This document shows, piece by piece, positions 1 through 8,336 of a DNA stretch of 56,761 nucleotides (positions within the stretch are counted from its first letter, which is position 1; the number at the start of each line of letters is the position of its first letter). Made by a program: the position numbers and the translations under genes. A model generated the notes under the pieces. It searched no databases and was not told the DNA's origin. It worked only from the letters and a program-made list of their open reading frames with translations. The stretch comes from Actinomycetota bacterium (GTDB lineage: Bacteria > Actinomycetota > UBA4738 > HRBIN12): contig DASSDW010000078.1 of assembly GCA_035696925.1 (NCBI GenBank), positions 1 to 56,761 of the forward strand, read 5' to 3'.

Positions 1-1771
1 CCATCAGCTCGTCGTGCGCGCCGGTGCCGGCCACGCGGCCGTCCTCCAGATAGATCACGCGATCGGCAAGCTGGATCGTCGAGAGTCTGTACGCGATCAC
101 GACCAGGGTGGTGTGCAACTCCTCGCGGAGGGCCGCGAGGATCTGCGCCTCGACCGAGGCGTCGACCGACGAGGTCGCGTCGTCGAGGATCAGGACGCGG
201 GGCTCCCGGACGATCGCGCGCGCCAGCGCGACGCGCTGGCGCTCGCCGCCGGACAGCGTGTAGCCGCGCTCGCCGACGACCGTGTGGAACCCGGCGGGCA
301 GGGTGCCCACGAAGCGATCGACCGCCGCGATCCTCGCGGCGCGGTCGACCGCGTCGTGGTCGGCTCCGGAATCGAGCGCGATGTTCTCGCCGATCGTCGT
401 GGAGAACAGGAAGCTCTCCTGGAACACGATCGAGACGGCGCTCCGGAGCGACGTCGGGTGCGCGTGGCGGAGGTCGATGCCGCCGATCCGCACCGTGCCG
501 GAGTCCGGGTCCGCGAGCCGGACGAGCAGCTGCGCAAGGGTGGACTTGCCACCTCCGGTCTGGCTCACCATGGCCACCGACTCCCGGGGACCGATCCGCA
601 GGGACACGCCCTCGAGGATCCGCGTGCCGTCGAGGCTCAGATGCACGTCCTCGACGTCCAGTCCGAGCGGGCCGTCCGGGAGCGGCTGCGGGTCGACCGA
701 GGGGAGGACGGTCACGGGCTCGCCGAAGACCTGCTCGATGCGCGAGTACCCCACGACCGCTCGGGGGAGCTCCGCCAGGATCCATCCGATGAAGCGCATC
801 GGCCAGGCGAGGAGATCGAAGAGGGCGATGAACCCGATGAGGCGACCCAGCGTGATGCCCCCCGCGGCCACGCGCCACGAACCCACCAACAAGAGGATCG
901 CCGCGACGAGGGCCGGGAGCGCGTCGAGGGCCGCCTCGAACGTGGCGCGGAGGAACCCGGCCTCGACGCGCTCGTCCCGCAGCGCCCGGGCCTTGATCGC
1001 GAGCCGCTCGGTCTCGGCCGCCTCGCGCCCGAGCGTCTTCACCACGAGCGCGCCGTCGATCGACTCGTGCGCGACGGCCGAGACCTCGCCGATCCGCTCC
1101 TGCGCCCGCCGAGCGGGGCCTTGCATGCGCTTCGCGAAGTTGCTGTTCATCACCGCGAGGGCAGGGAACACGACCGCCGCGATCATCGCCAGGAAGATGT
1201 CGGTGGCGATCAGCTGGATCATCGCCAGGACGATCAGGACGACCACGCCGGCGGCGAACGGAACGGGCCAGAACAGGTCCACGGCCGCCTTCACGTCGGC
1301 CTCCATGTGCGCGAGGAGCTCACCGGTGGGGGTCTCGCGATGGTAGGCGAGCGCGAGCCGACGGTAGCGATCCGCGATCCTCGTGCGGAGCGTGGCCATC
1401 ACGCGCTCGCCCGCAACGCCGCTGAAGAACCGCCGGAGCATGATGCCCAGGGCCCGCAGGCAGCCGAACGTCATCAGCGCTGCGACCGCGAGCCAGATCC
1501 GGCGCGGCTGGACGCCGCCCGAGAACGCCGGCCGCAGCACCTCGTCGGTGGCTCTGCCGAGGGCGGTCGTGAGGGCGATCGAGGCGAACGCGAACAGGAC
1601 CGCGCCGACCAAGGACACCAGGAACGGCCCCGGATGCATCCGGACGTAGGACACGATCAGGCGCAGGCCCCGCCCGAAGAGCCCGGCGGGCGCGGCGTCC
1701 GCCGCCGGCGCCTCTGCGGACGCTCGCTCCTTCGCCTCCTGCGGCGATGTCGTCTGCGTGCTCACGGCCAT
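1..1771 (-). CDS. ABC transporter, fused permease + ATP-binding protein (exporter type); 3' end runs off the window
   Basis: Not in the ORF track because no stop lies inside the window. My reverse-strand translation from ATG (1771-1769) gives a hydrophobic N-terminal half, then Walker A SQTGGGKST, ABC signature LSGGERQR and Walker B LILDDATS. The listed ORF 14..1792 + is its antisense shadow. Confidence 0.85.
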   Translation of the reverse strand, partial: MAVSTQTTSPQEAKERASAEAPAADAAPAGLFGRGLRLIVSYVRMHPGPFLVSLVGAVLFAFASIALTTALGRATDEVLRPAFSGGVQPRRIWLAVAALMTFGCLRALGIMLRRFFSGVAGERVMATLRTRIADRYRRLALAYHRETPTGELLAHMEADVKAAVDLFWPVPFAAGVVVLIVLAMIQLIATDIFLAMIAAVVFPALAVMNSNFAKRMQGPARRAQERIGEVSAVAHESIDGALVVKTLGREAAETERLAIKARALRDERVEAGFLRATFEAALDALPALVAAILLLVGSWRVAAGGITLGRLIGFIALFDLLAWPMRFIGWILAELPRAVVGYSRIEQVFGEPVTVLPSVDPQPLPDGPLGLDVEDVHLSLDGTRILEGVSLRIGPRESVAMVSQTGGGKSTLAQLLVRLADPDSGTVRIGGIDLRHAHPTSLRSAVSIVFQESFLFSTTIGENIALDSGADHDAVDRAARIAAVDRFVGTLPAGFHTVVGERGYTLSGGERQRVALARAIVREPRVLILDDATSSVDASVEAQILAALREELHTTLVVIAYRLSTIQLADRVIYLEDGRVAGTGAHDELM

Positions 1772-1776
1772 CACCC

Positions 1777-1782
1777 TATGAT
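1777..1782 (+). promoter_or_regulatory. Candidate -10 hexamer TATGAT, 6 nt upstream of the acyl-CoA ligase ATG (possible leaderless mRNA)
   Basis: Only 17 nt (1772-1788) separate the divergent start codons at 1771 (-) and 1789 (+). TATGAT fits the TANNNT pattern and there is no room for a Shine-Dalgarno site. Confidence 0.3.
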
Positions 1783-1788
1783 GCGCGG

Positions 1789-3504
1789 ATGACCGACCAC
1801 CGCCCTTGGTTCCGGGTCTGGCGCACAGGCGTGCCGAAGACCGTCGCCCCGTTCCCACACCAGAGCGTCTTCCACCTCCTCGCCGACTCCGCGGCCGGAT
1901 TCCCCGAGTCCACGGCGATCGCGTTCCTCGGCAAGCACCTGTCGTATCGGGAGCTGCTGCACGAGGTGGAACGGTTCAGCGCCGTCCTCGCCGGGCTCGG
2001 AGTCCAGCGGGGCGATCGGGTGGGGCTGCTCCTCCCGAACTCCCCGCAGTACGTGATCGCGTGGTACGCGTGCCAGCGTCTCGGCGCGGTCGCGGTGGGG
2101 AACAACCCGCTCTACACCCAGCGAGAGCTTGCTCACCAGATCAAGGACTTCTCGCCGAGCGTGATGGTCGTCCTCGACCAGCTCTACCCGGCGTGGGCCG
2201 CCGTGGCGCCCGAGGCGCCGGTACGCGAGGTGATCGTCACGGAGCTCACCGACTACATGCGGTTCCCGCTGAACCTCCTCGCCCCGATCAAGTTCAAGAA
2301 GGACGCGAAGCACGAGGGGAAACCCTGGCCTCCCGTCCCGGCCGACGCGCCCGTCCGCTGGTGGAAGGACGCGGTGGGGTCCGCGGGATCGCCGCCTCCC
2401 GTGGCCGACGTGGACGCCGAGAACGACACCGCGACGCTCGTCTACACCGGTGGGACCACGGGCCTCTCGAAGGGCGCGATGCTCTCGCACTACAACCTCT
2501 CATCGAACGTCCGGCAGGTGGCGCCGTGCATCACGTTCTTCGAGCGTGGGAGGGACGGCGTGATGTGCATCCTGCCCTTCTTCCACTCCTTCGGTCTGGT
2601 GGCGATGAACTTCGGGATCGCGCAGGCGGGGAAGCTCGTCCTGCTGCCACGGTTCGAGGTGCACATGGCCCTGAAGCAGCTCGACAAGGAGAAGCCGTCG
2701 TTCTTCCCCGGCGTTCCTCGTCTGTTCGTGGCGCTGAACGAAGCACCGGAGACGCCGAAGTACGACCTGAAGTCGGTCAAGGCCTGTATCTCCGGCGCGG
2801 CACCGCTGCCGAGGGCGGTCGCGGAGAAGTTCCGCGAGGTCACGGGCGGCGCGCACCTCGTGGAGGGGTACGGGCTCACGGAGACGTCGCCCGTCACCCA
2901 CGTGAACCCGTTCGACGCGCCGAAGCACGGCACGATCGGGCTCCCGATCCCCGACACGGATTGTCGTGTCGTCTCGCTCGAGGATCCCGACAGTGAGGTG
3001 CCGGCCGGCGAACGAGGCGAGCTCTGCATCAAGGGGCCTCAAGTGATGGTGGGGTACTACAACAAGCCCGAAGCGACCGCGGAGATGATCCGGGGCGGCT
3101 GGCTGCACACCGGCGACATCGCGATCATGGACGACGAAGGGTTCTTCCGGATCGTCGATCGGATGAAGGACATGATCATCGTCTCGGGATTCAACGTGTA
3201 TCCGACCGAGGTCGAAGGGGTGCTCTACCGGCATCCGAAGGTGCTGAAGGTGTGCGTGGTGGGACTGCCCGACGATCGGACCGGGGAGCGCGTCAAGGCA
3301 TATGTCGTCGCGAAGGAGGGTGCGACCGTCACTGGTGAGGAGCTCGAGGCGTGGGCACGCGATCCGGCCCAGGGCCTCACGGGCTATCGGGTTCCGAAGG
3401 AGTGGGAGTTCCGCGACGAGCTCCCCGAGACGTTGATCGGCAAGGTGCTGCGGCGCGTGCTCCAGGAAGAGGAGCGGAAGAAGACGGCTGCCGCGAGCGC
3501 GTAG
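1789..3504 (+). CDS. fadD: Long-chain-fatty-acid--CoA ligase / AMP-dependent synthetase
   Basis: ORF 1747..3504. I prefer the internal ATG at 1789 (MTDHRPWFRVW...), which avoids overlap with the divergent ABC gene. AMP-binding motif LVYTGGTTGLSKGAMLSH, plus GYGLTETS and TGDIAIMDDEGFFRIVDR. Confidence 0.85.
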   Translation: MTDHRPWFRVWRTGVPKTVAPFPHQSVFHLLADSAAGFPESTAIAFLGKHLSYRELLHEVERFSAVLAGLGVQRGDRVGLLLPNSPQYVIAWYACQRLGAVAVGNNPLYTQRELAHQIKDFSPSVMVVLDQLYPAWAAVAPEAPVREVIVTELTDYMRFPLNLLAPIKFKKDAKHEGKPWPPVPADAPVRWWKDAVGSAGSPPPVADVDAENDTATLVYTGGTTGLSKGAMLSHYNLSSNVRQVAPCITFFERGRDGVMCILPFFHSFGLVAMNFGIAQAGKLVLLPRFEVHMALKQLDKEKPSFFPGVPRLFVALNEAPETPKYDLKSVKACISGAAPLPRAVAEKFREVTGGAHLVEGYGLTETSPVTHVNPFDAPKHGTIGLPIPDTDCRVVSLEDPDSEVPAGERGELCIKGPQVMVGYYNKPEATAEMIRGGWLHTGDIAIMDDEGFFRIVDRMKDMIIVSGFNVYPTEVEGVLYRHPKVLKVCVVGLPDDRTGERVKAYVVAKEGATVTGEELEAWARDPAQGLTGYRVPKEWEFRDELPETLIGKVLRRVLQEEERKKTAAASA

Positions 3505-3528
3505 TTTCACCTCGCCGACCGGCGGGTA

Positions 3529-4083
3529 GTGACCCCGGGAATGCAAACGAGGCAGGGAACCTCGGCTGTCGGCCGGAGTACGCGCCCGGACGACGTATCC
3601 CCCGACGAGCTCCGGCGGGCCCGCGGCCTCCGGCGACTTGGGATCGGCGCCCTCGCGCTGTTCGTCCTGGCCGGGTTGTGCAATCTCCTCGGCGTTCGAA
3701 CCGGAACCGTGTCGGCGGCGGCCGCCGGCTATCACCTCTCGGTCGAGTACGAGTCGGTGACCCGCCCGGGACTCGCATCGGAATGGATCGTGGTGGTACG
3801 CCGGGAGGGCGGCTTCGACGGGCCCGTCACGCTCGCCACGGACGCCACCTACTTCGATCGGTTCGACTTCAACCAGCACTACCCGGAGCCGGCGTCGGTC
3901 CTGCCGAGGGGTGAGGAGGTCCTGTACGTGTTCGAGGGGATCCAGGGAGACGTGCTCCGGGTCGCCTTCGACGGGCGCGCCAGTCCGACGTTCGTCTTCG
4001 CTCTCGCGCGTGGGTCGACCGGCCTCGAGGTGGACGGCCGGGAGATCGCGCGCGTCGACTACACCACGGTGGTGATGCCCTGA
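3529..4083 (+). CDS. Hypothetical membrane-anchored protein
   Basis: ORF track. One N-terminal TM helix (LGIGALALFVLAGLCNLLGV), high GC3, and its stop overlaps the next start (TGATG at 4081-4085). No motif recognised. Confidence 0.55.
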   Translation: MTPGMQTRQGTSAVGRSTRPDDVSPDELRRARGLRRLGIGALALFVLAGLCNLLGVRTGTVSAAAAGYHLSVEYESVTRPGLASEWIVVVRREGGFDGPVTLATDATYFDRFDFNQHYPEPASVLPRGEEVLYVFEGIQGDVLRVAFDGRASPTFVFALARGSTGLEVDGREIARVDYTTVVMP

Positions 4084-4562
4084 TGGAGATCGTGCTGCGA
4101 TCGGCGGCGGTGTTCGTCTTCCTGTGGTTCCTGACGCGGATCATCGGCAAGAAGGAGCTGGCGGAGATCTCGTCGTTCGAGCTCGTGCTGCTCGTGGTGA
4201 TCGGCGACCTGGTGCAGCAAGGCGTCACCCAGGAGGACATGTCGGTCACGGGCGCGATCCTCGCCGTCGGCACGATCGCGCTCTTGGTCGTGTCGATGTC
4301 CTACGTGAGCTTCCGATGGAAGCGAGCCGACCGCGTGGTGGAGGGTGTCCCCGTGGTGATCGTGTCGGACGGACGGATGGTGACGGAGTCGATGCGGCTC
4401 GAACGCCTGACCGAGGACGAGGTCGTCTCCGCGGCGAGGGAACAGGGGATCGGCGACGTCGCCGATGTGCGATTCGGCGTCCTGGAGCCGGACGGGAAGT
4501 TCTCGTTCGTCCGGTTCGACCGCAAACACGCTCCGCCCTCGAGCGATCGGCCCGGCCAGTAA
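4083..4562 (+). CDS. DUF421 (YetF-like) membrane protein
   Basis: The N-terminal FLWFLTRIIGKKELAEISSFELVLLVVIGD and C-terminal GVPVVIVSDGRMV...LRxxGI...V..GVLEPDGKFSF pattern are typical of DUF421/YetF. Confidence 0.75.
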   Translation: MEIVLRSAAVFVFLWFLTRIIGKKELAEISSFELVLLVVIGDLVQQGVTQEDMSVTGAILAVGTIALLVVSMSYVSFRWKRADRVVEGVPVVIVSDGRMVTESMRLERLTEDEVVSAAREQGIGDVADVRFGVLEPDGKFSFVRFDRKHAPPSSDRPGQ

Positions 4563-4588
4563 CCGCCCGCCCCGGTAGCCTCGTGACG

Positions 4589-5944
4589 ATGGACGTGCGG
4601 CTGTTCAGAGACGGCGGTTTGGGCAACGGGTCCTATCTGGTCGCCGTCGCCGATGGCCGCGCCGTCCTCGTCGACCCGGACCGGCGGACCCGCCGGTACC
4701 TCGCCGCGGCCGAGGACCGGAGCCTGGAGATCGTCGCCGTCCTCGAGACCCACCTCCACGCGGACTTCGTGTCGGGTGCCCTGGAGATCCGTGCGGCGAC
4801 CGGCGCCGAGGTGTACGAGCCGGCGGAGGCGGGCGTGTCGTTCCCCCACCGCCCGGTCGAGCGGGGCGAGCGCCTCGATCTCGGAGGGGTGGAGGTCGAG
4901 GCACTGGCGACGCCCGGACATGCGCCAGAGCATCTCGCCTACGTGTTCCGGCACCCGGGCGATGCGGTTCCGGTGTTGTTCAGCGGCGGGGCTCTGATCG
5001 TTGGCGGCGCGGCACGCACGGACCTTTCGGGCCCCGAGCTCACCGAGCATCTGACGCGGCATGCCTACGAGACCCTGCAGCACGCCTTCGCCGACCTTCC
5101 CGGTGAAACGCCGTTGCTGCCGACGCACGGGAGTGGATCGTTCTGCTCCACGGGAAGCGGGACGGAGCACACGTCCACCCTCGGCGAGGAGCGGGCCGCC
5201 AACCCGCTCCTCTCGATGAGCGACCACACGTTCCTGGAGTCGTGGCCGGCGACGTTCCCTCGCACGCCCGCCTACTTCTCGAGGATGCGCGAGGTGAACT
5301 GGGCGGGACCCCGGCTCCGGACCGATATCGAGATGCCGCGCCCGCTCGCGCCGAAGGCGTTCGCTGACGCGGCATCGGAACCCGGTTCGATCGTTGTGGA
5401 CGTACGGGACCCTGGGTCCTACGCGGAGGCCCACGTGGACGGTGCCCTCGCGATCCCGTTCCGAGAGAGCTTCCCCACGTGGCTGGGGTGGCTGGTGGCG
5501 GCCGACGCCCGGCTGCTGCTCGTGCTCGGCGACGACTCGTTGGACGACGTCGTCGACGCATGCGCGCTCGTCGGCTTCGAGCGCTTCGTCGGGTACCTGG
5601 ACGGGGGGATCGAGGCGTGGCGCGAGGCCGGTCTGTCCGTCCGCTCGCTCCCCGCGATCGGTGCGGAGGACACGGTGCCGTGGCTGCAGATGGGCGCCCA
5701 GCCCCTGGATGTTCGCGAGCCGGACGAGCTGGAACGTGGCACGGTCGCGGGCGCGGTGTCCGTGCCTCTCGGCGATCTGCCGCAGGCGGCGGGCACCTTG
5801 CCGACCGGGCGGCCCCTGCTCGTCTATTGCGCGTCCGGGCTCCGCTCGACGACGGCCGCGTCGCTGCTGGAGCGAGCCGGCGTGGGACCGGTCGTGAACC
5901 TCAGGGGCGGCTACGGCGCGTGGCAGGAAGCCGGCCGCGACTGA
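4589..5944 (+). CDS. MBL-fold hydrolase (persulfide-dioxygenase-like) fused to two rhodanese domains
   Basis: In-frame ATG at 4589 inside ORF 4124..5944; the upstream part of that ORF overlaps DUF421 in another frame. Metallo-beta-lactamase motif ETHLHADFVSG, ATPGHAPEH, and a C-terminal rhodanese active-site loop VYCASGLRS. Confidence 0.8.
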   Translation: MDVRLFRDGGLGNGSYLVAVADGRAVLVDPDRRTRRYLAAAEDRSLEIVAVLETHLHADFVSGALEIRAATGAEVYEPAEAGVSFPHRPVERGERLDLGGVEVEALATPGHAPEHLAYVFRHPGDAVPVLFSGGALIVGGAARTDLSGPELTEHLTRHAYETLQHAFADLPGETPLLPTHGSGSFCSTGSGTEHTSTLGEERAANPLLSMSDHTFLESWPATFPRTPAYFSRMREVNWAGPRLRTDIEMPRPLAPKAFADAASEPGSIVVDVRDPGSYAEAHVDGALAIPFRESFPTWLGWLVAADARLLLVLGDDSLDDVVDACALVGFERFVGYLDGGIEAWREAGLSVRSLPAIGAEDTVPWLQMGAQPLDVREPDELERGTVAGAVSVPLGDLPQAAGTLPTGRPLLVYCASGLRSTTAASLLERAGVGPVVNLRGGYGAWQEAGRD

Positions 5945-6692
5945 CGACGCCGGCGAAGGGGATCTCCTCCAGCCGGGCCGAGGCCGCCGAAGTCGCCACC
6001 GAGCCGACCACGAGGGTCGCGGGCGGGCCGATGCTCGCCGCCTCGGCGAGGAGCGGCAGGTCCGCCAGTGTCCCGACCACCGAGCGCTGATCTGCGGTCC
6101 ACGCCCATTGAACGATCGCTGCGGGTTGGTCGGCGGGGCGGCCGGCAGCGATCAGATCTTCGCACGTCCGCGCGAGGCGGCCGGCCGCCATGAGCACCAC
6201 GAGCGTGTCGGCGCCCGCGACCTTCGAGAGATCCACCTCGTCGTCGTGGGCCGTCGAACCGGTGACGACCGCGAACGACCGTGCCACGCCGCGCTGCGTG
6301 ACGGGGATCCCGGCTGCCGCCGGGGCTGCGACGGCGGCCGACACGCCCGGCACGACCTCACACGGGACGCCGGCGGCAGCGCACGCCGCCACTTCCTCGC
6401 CGCCTCGCCCGAAGACGAACGGGTCGCCGCCCTTCAGACGAACCACGACCGATCCGTCGAGGGCGCGCGCGACGAGCAGCCGTTCGATATCGCGCTGCGG
6501 CACGGGAGCGCGTCCGGGCTCCTTGCCGACGTAGATGCGTCCGGCGCCGGGAGATGCCAGATCGAGGAGTGCGGGCGCGACGAGCCGGTCGTAGACGACG
6601 ATGTCCGCCTCGGCGAGCATCCGGGCACCGCGAAGCGTGATCAGCTCCGGGTCGCCGGGCCCGGCGCCGACGAGGACGACGCGTCCCGTCAC
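5901..6692 (-). CDS. cobA: Uroporphyrinogen-III C-methyltransferase (SUMT)
   Basis: VVLVGAGPGDPELITLRG, VVRLKGGDPFVFGRGGEE, VPGVSAAVAAPAAAGIP. Start taken as GTG at 6692, which overlaps the upstream stop (GTGA) rather than the long ORF-track N-terminus. Confidence 0.85.
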   Translation of the reverse strand: MTGRVVLVGAGPGDPELITLRGARMLAEADIVVYDRLVAPALLDLASPGAGRIYVGKEPGRAPVPQRDIERLLVARALDGSVVVRLKGGDPFVFGRGGEEVAACAAAGVPCEVVPGVSAAVAAPAAAGIPVTQRGVARSFAVVTGSTAHDDEVDLSKVAGADTLVVLMAAGRLARTCEDLIAAGRPADQPAAIVQWAWTADQRSVVGTLADLPLLAEAASIGPPATLVVGSVATSAASARLEEIPFAGVVSRGRLPATRRSRP

Positions 6693-7333
6693 GACGCTGC
6701 CACCCCGTCCAACAGCCGCTCCCGGAGGAGGGTCCGGAGCTCCCCAGCGCGTCCGTCCCGTACCAGGCCGGCCGCCTCGTCGAGGTCGAGGGCCTTCTGC
6801 CACCGCCTGGCGCGTGCTCGGAGATCGGGGAGCGAGGGAAGTGTGTCGCGTCGCACCTCGCCGACGATGCGCAGCACCTCGACCCACTCCGCGCCGAACT
6901 CGGCCTGGAGCCGTTCGCGGACGAGGCGCGCCACCGCAGGCGAGACCCCGCCGGTGCCGATCGCGAGGACAAGATCGCCTCGCCGGACAACGGCGGGCGC
7001 GGCCCAGTCGCAGTGGGGGATATCGTCAATTACATTGACGAGTACGCCTCGGGCCCGCGCCTCCCGGGCGATCGCGGCGCGCGCGGCGCCGTCGTCGGAC
7101 GAGACGATCGCGAGGAAGGCTCCGTCCAGGTCACCGGGGCGCCATGCCCGCCGCTCGACTCGGACGCCCACCACACCGTCGAACCGATCGTCGAGGCTCG
7201 GCTCCACGACGAGCACGTCGTCCGCGCCGGCGGCGAGGAGTCCCTCGACCTTGCCTTCCCGGATCGCCTGGGCGCCGATCACCACGCAGCGTCTTCCCGA
7301 GAGCTCCAGCATCACGGGGTAGCCGAAGCTCAT
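6689..7333 (-). CDS. Precorrin-2 dehydrogenase / sirohydrochlorin ferrochelatase (CysG N-terminal-like, SirC type)
   Basis: NAD-fold start LSGRRCVVIGAQAIREGKV plus the LAIGTGGVSPAVARLVRERL motif. ATG at 7333 overlaps the cysH stop (ATGA). Confidence 0.8.
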   Translation of the reverse strand: MSFGYPVMLELSGRRCVVIGAQAIREGKVEGLLAAGADDVLVVEPSLDDRFDGVVGVRVERRAWRPGDLDGAFLAIVSSDDGAARAAIAREARARGVLVNVIDDIPHCDWAAPAVVRRGDLVLAIGTGGVSPAVARLVRERLQAEFGAEWVEVLRIVGEVRRDTLPSLPDLRARARRWQKALDLDEAAGLVRDGRAGELRTLLRERLLDGVAAS

Positions 7334-8187
7334 CGTGGCTCCCCCTCCCACGCGCGGTCATCTCCCGCCTGCCATCCCTGACCGGCAGCTCGCTCGCTGT
7401 CCGACGCGGATCCCAGGAGGCCGACCGAGCAGTGGATCCCGCATTCCTTATCCGTCTCCTGCTCCCACCACCAGCGGCCGGCGCGCTCGGACTCACCCGG
7501 AACCACCGCGCGGGTGCACGGCGCGCATCCGATCGACGTGTAGCCCTGGTCGAACAGGGCGTGGTAGGGGACATCGTGCTCCCTGACGTAGCCCCAGACC
7601 TGGTCGAGCGTCCAATCGGCCACGGGGTTGAGCTTCACGATCCCGCCGTGATCGCGATCCAGCTCGACCTTCGCGATGTTCGTGCGGCTCCGCCACTGCT
7701 CCCGGCGGAGGCCCGCCACCCACGCGTCGAGCGTCGCGAGCTTGCGCTTCAGCGGCTCCACCTTGCGGATCTCGCAGCACCGCAGTCGGAGGTCGACGCT
7801 CCCGTACATCAGGTTCGGTCCGTGGTCGGTCACCATCGCCGAGACGGCGTCCGTCTCCGGATACTCGAACTCGACGGCGATCCCGTAGCGCTCGCGGACC
7901 TTCTCGAAGAGGTCGTACGTCTCCGCGGGCAGCCGGCCGGTGTCCAGCGTGAAGACGCGGACGTCGGGGTTGAGCCGCCACGCCATGTCCACGAGCACCA
8001 TCCCGTCGACCCCGCCGGCCGCGCTGATCGCCATCCGAGGATGGAAGCGTTCGAGCGCCCACGCCAGGAGATCCTCCGCCGCGGCGTCTTCGAACCGCTC
8101 GGCGGCGTGCTGCACCCAGACCTCCTCCTCGTCGAAGACCGGGAGGACAGGCTGGTGGAGCGGCTGGACGGGATCGCGATCGGCCAT
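7330..8187 (-). CDS. cysH: Adenylyl-sulfate / phosphoadenylyl-sulfate reductase (Fe-S type CysH)
   Basis: PP-loop region, the CC...CAPC cysteines (RLRCCEIRK, IGCAPCT) and the C-terminal KECGIH motif. ATG at 8187 shares its A with the upstream TGA. Confidence 0.85.
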   Translation of the reverse strand: MADRDPVQPLHQPVLPVFDEEEVWVQHAAERFEDAAAEDLLAWALERFHPRMAISAAGGVDGMVLVDMAWRLNPDVRVFTLDTGRLPAETYDLFEKVRERYGIAVEFEYPETDAVSAMVTDHGPNLMYGSVDLRLRCCEIRKVEPLKRKLATLDAWVAGLRREQWRSRTNIAKVELDRDHGGIVKLNPVADWTLDQVWGYVREHDVPYHALFDQGYTSIGCAPCTRAVVPGESERAGRWWWEQETDKECGIHCSVGLLGSASDSERAAGQGWQAGDDRAWEGEPR

Positions 8188-8336
8188 CAACCCCCACCTC
8201 CGATCGCCGTGATCCGGAGCTCGAAGCTCCGATCGCAGACCTCGCATCGCCACCCGGACGGGTCGCCGGGACGCAGCTCTTGCTCCCCGCAGAACGGGCA
8301 GTAGAAGGGGACCGCGCGAGGCGTCACGGAGCTCAC
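8187..8336 (-). CDS. 49-aa zinc-ribbon microprotein (CysX-like position between sulfite reductase and cysH)
   Basis: GTG at 8336 overlaps the sirA stop (GTGA) and its own stop overlaps the cysH ATG. Sequence is VSSVTPRAVPFYCPFCGEQELRPGDPSGWRCEVCDRSFELRITAIGGGG, with two CxxC pairs. By hand count, 41 of 49 third positions are G/C. Confidence 0.55.
   Translation of the reverse strand: MSSVTPRAVPFYCPFCGEQELRPGDPSGWRCEVCDRSFELRITAIGGGG

Noticed and set aside
14-1792. 592-aa plus-strand ORF at the window start
   Set aside because: It is antisense to the ABC exporter, whose Walker A, signature and Walker B motifs are unambiguous on the minus strand. Arg/Asp/Glu-rich shadow.
5901-6887. Long N-terminal extensions given by the ORF track for cobA (328 aa), hisH (20335..21366), hisC (21530..22819), hemE, hemH, hemY and hemQ
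   Set aside because: The extensions overlap the upstream genes in another frame, are Arg/Pro-rich, and precede the conserved N-terminal motifs. Starts embedded in GTGA/ATGA overlaps fit better.
7025-7041. AT-rich 7-3-7 palindrome CGTCAATTACATTGACG
   Set aside because: It lies inside the sirC-like coding sequence and simply encodes V-N-V-I-D on the minus strand. There is no intergenic context for an operator.
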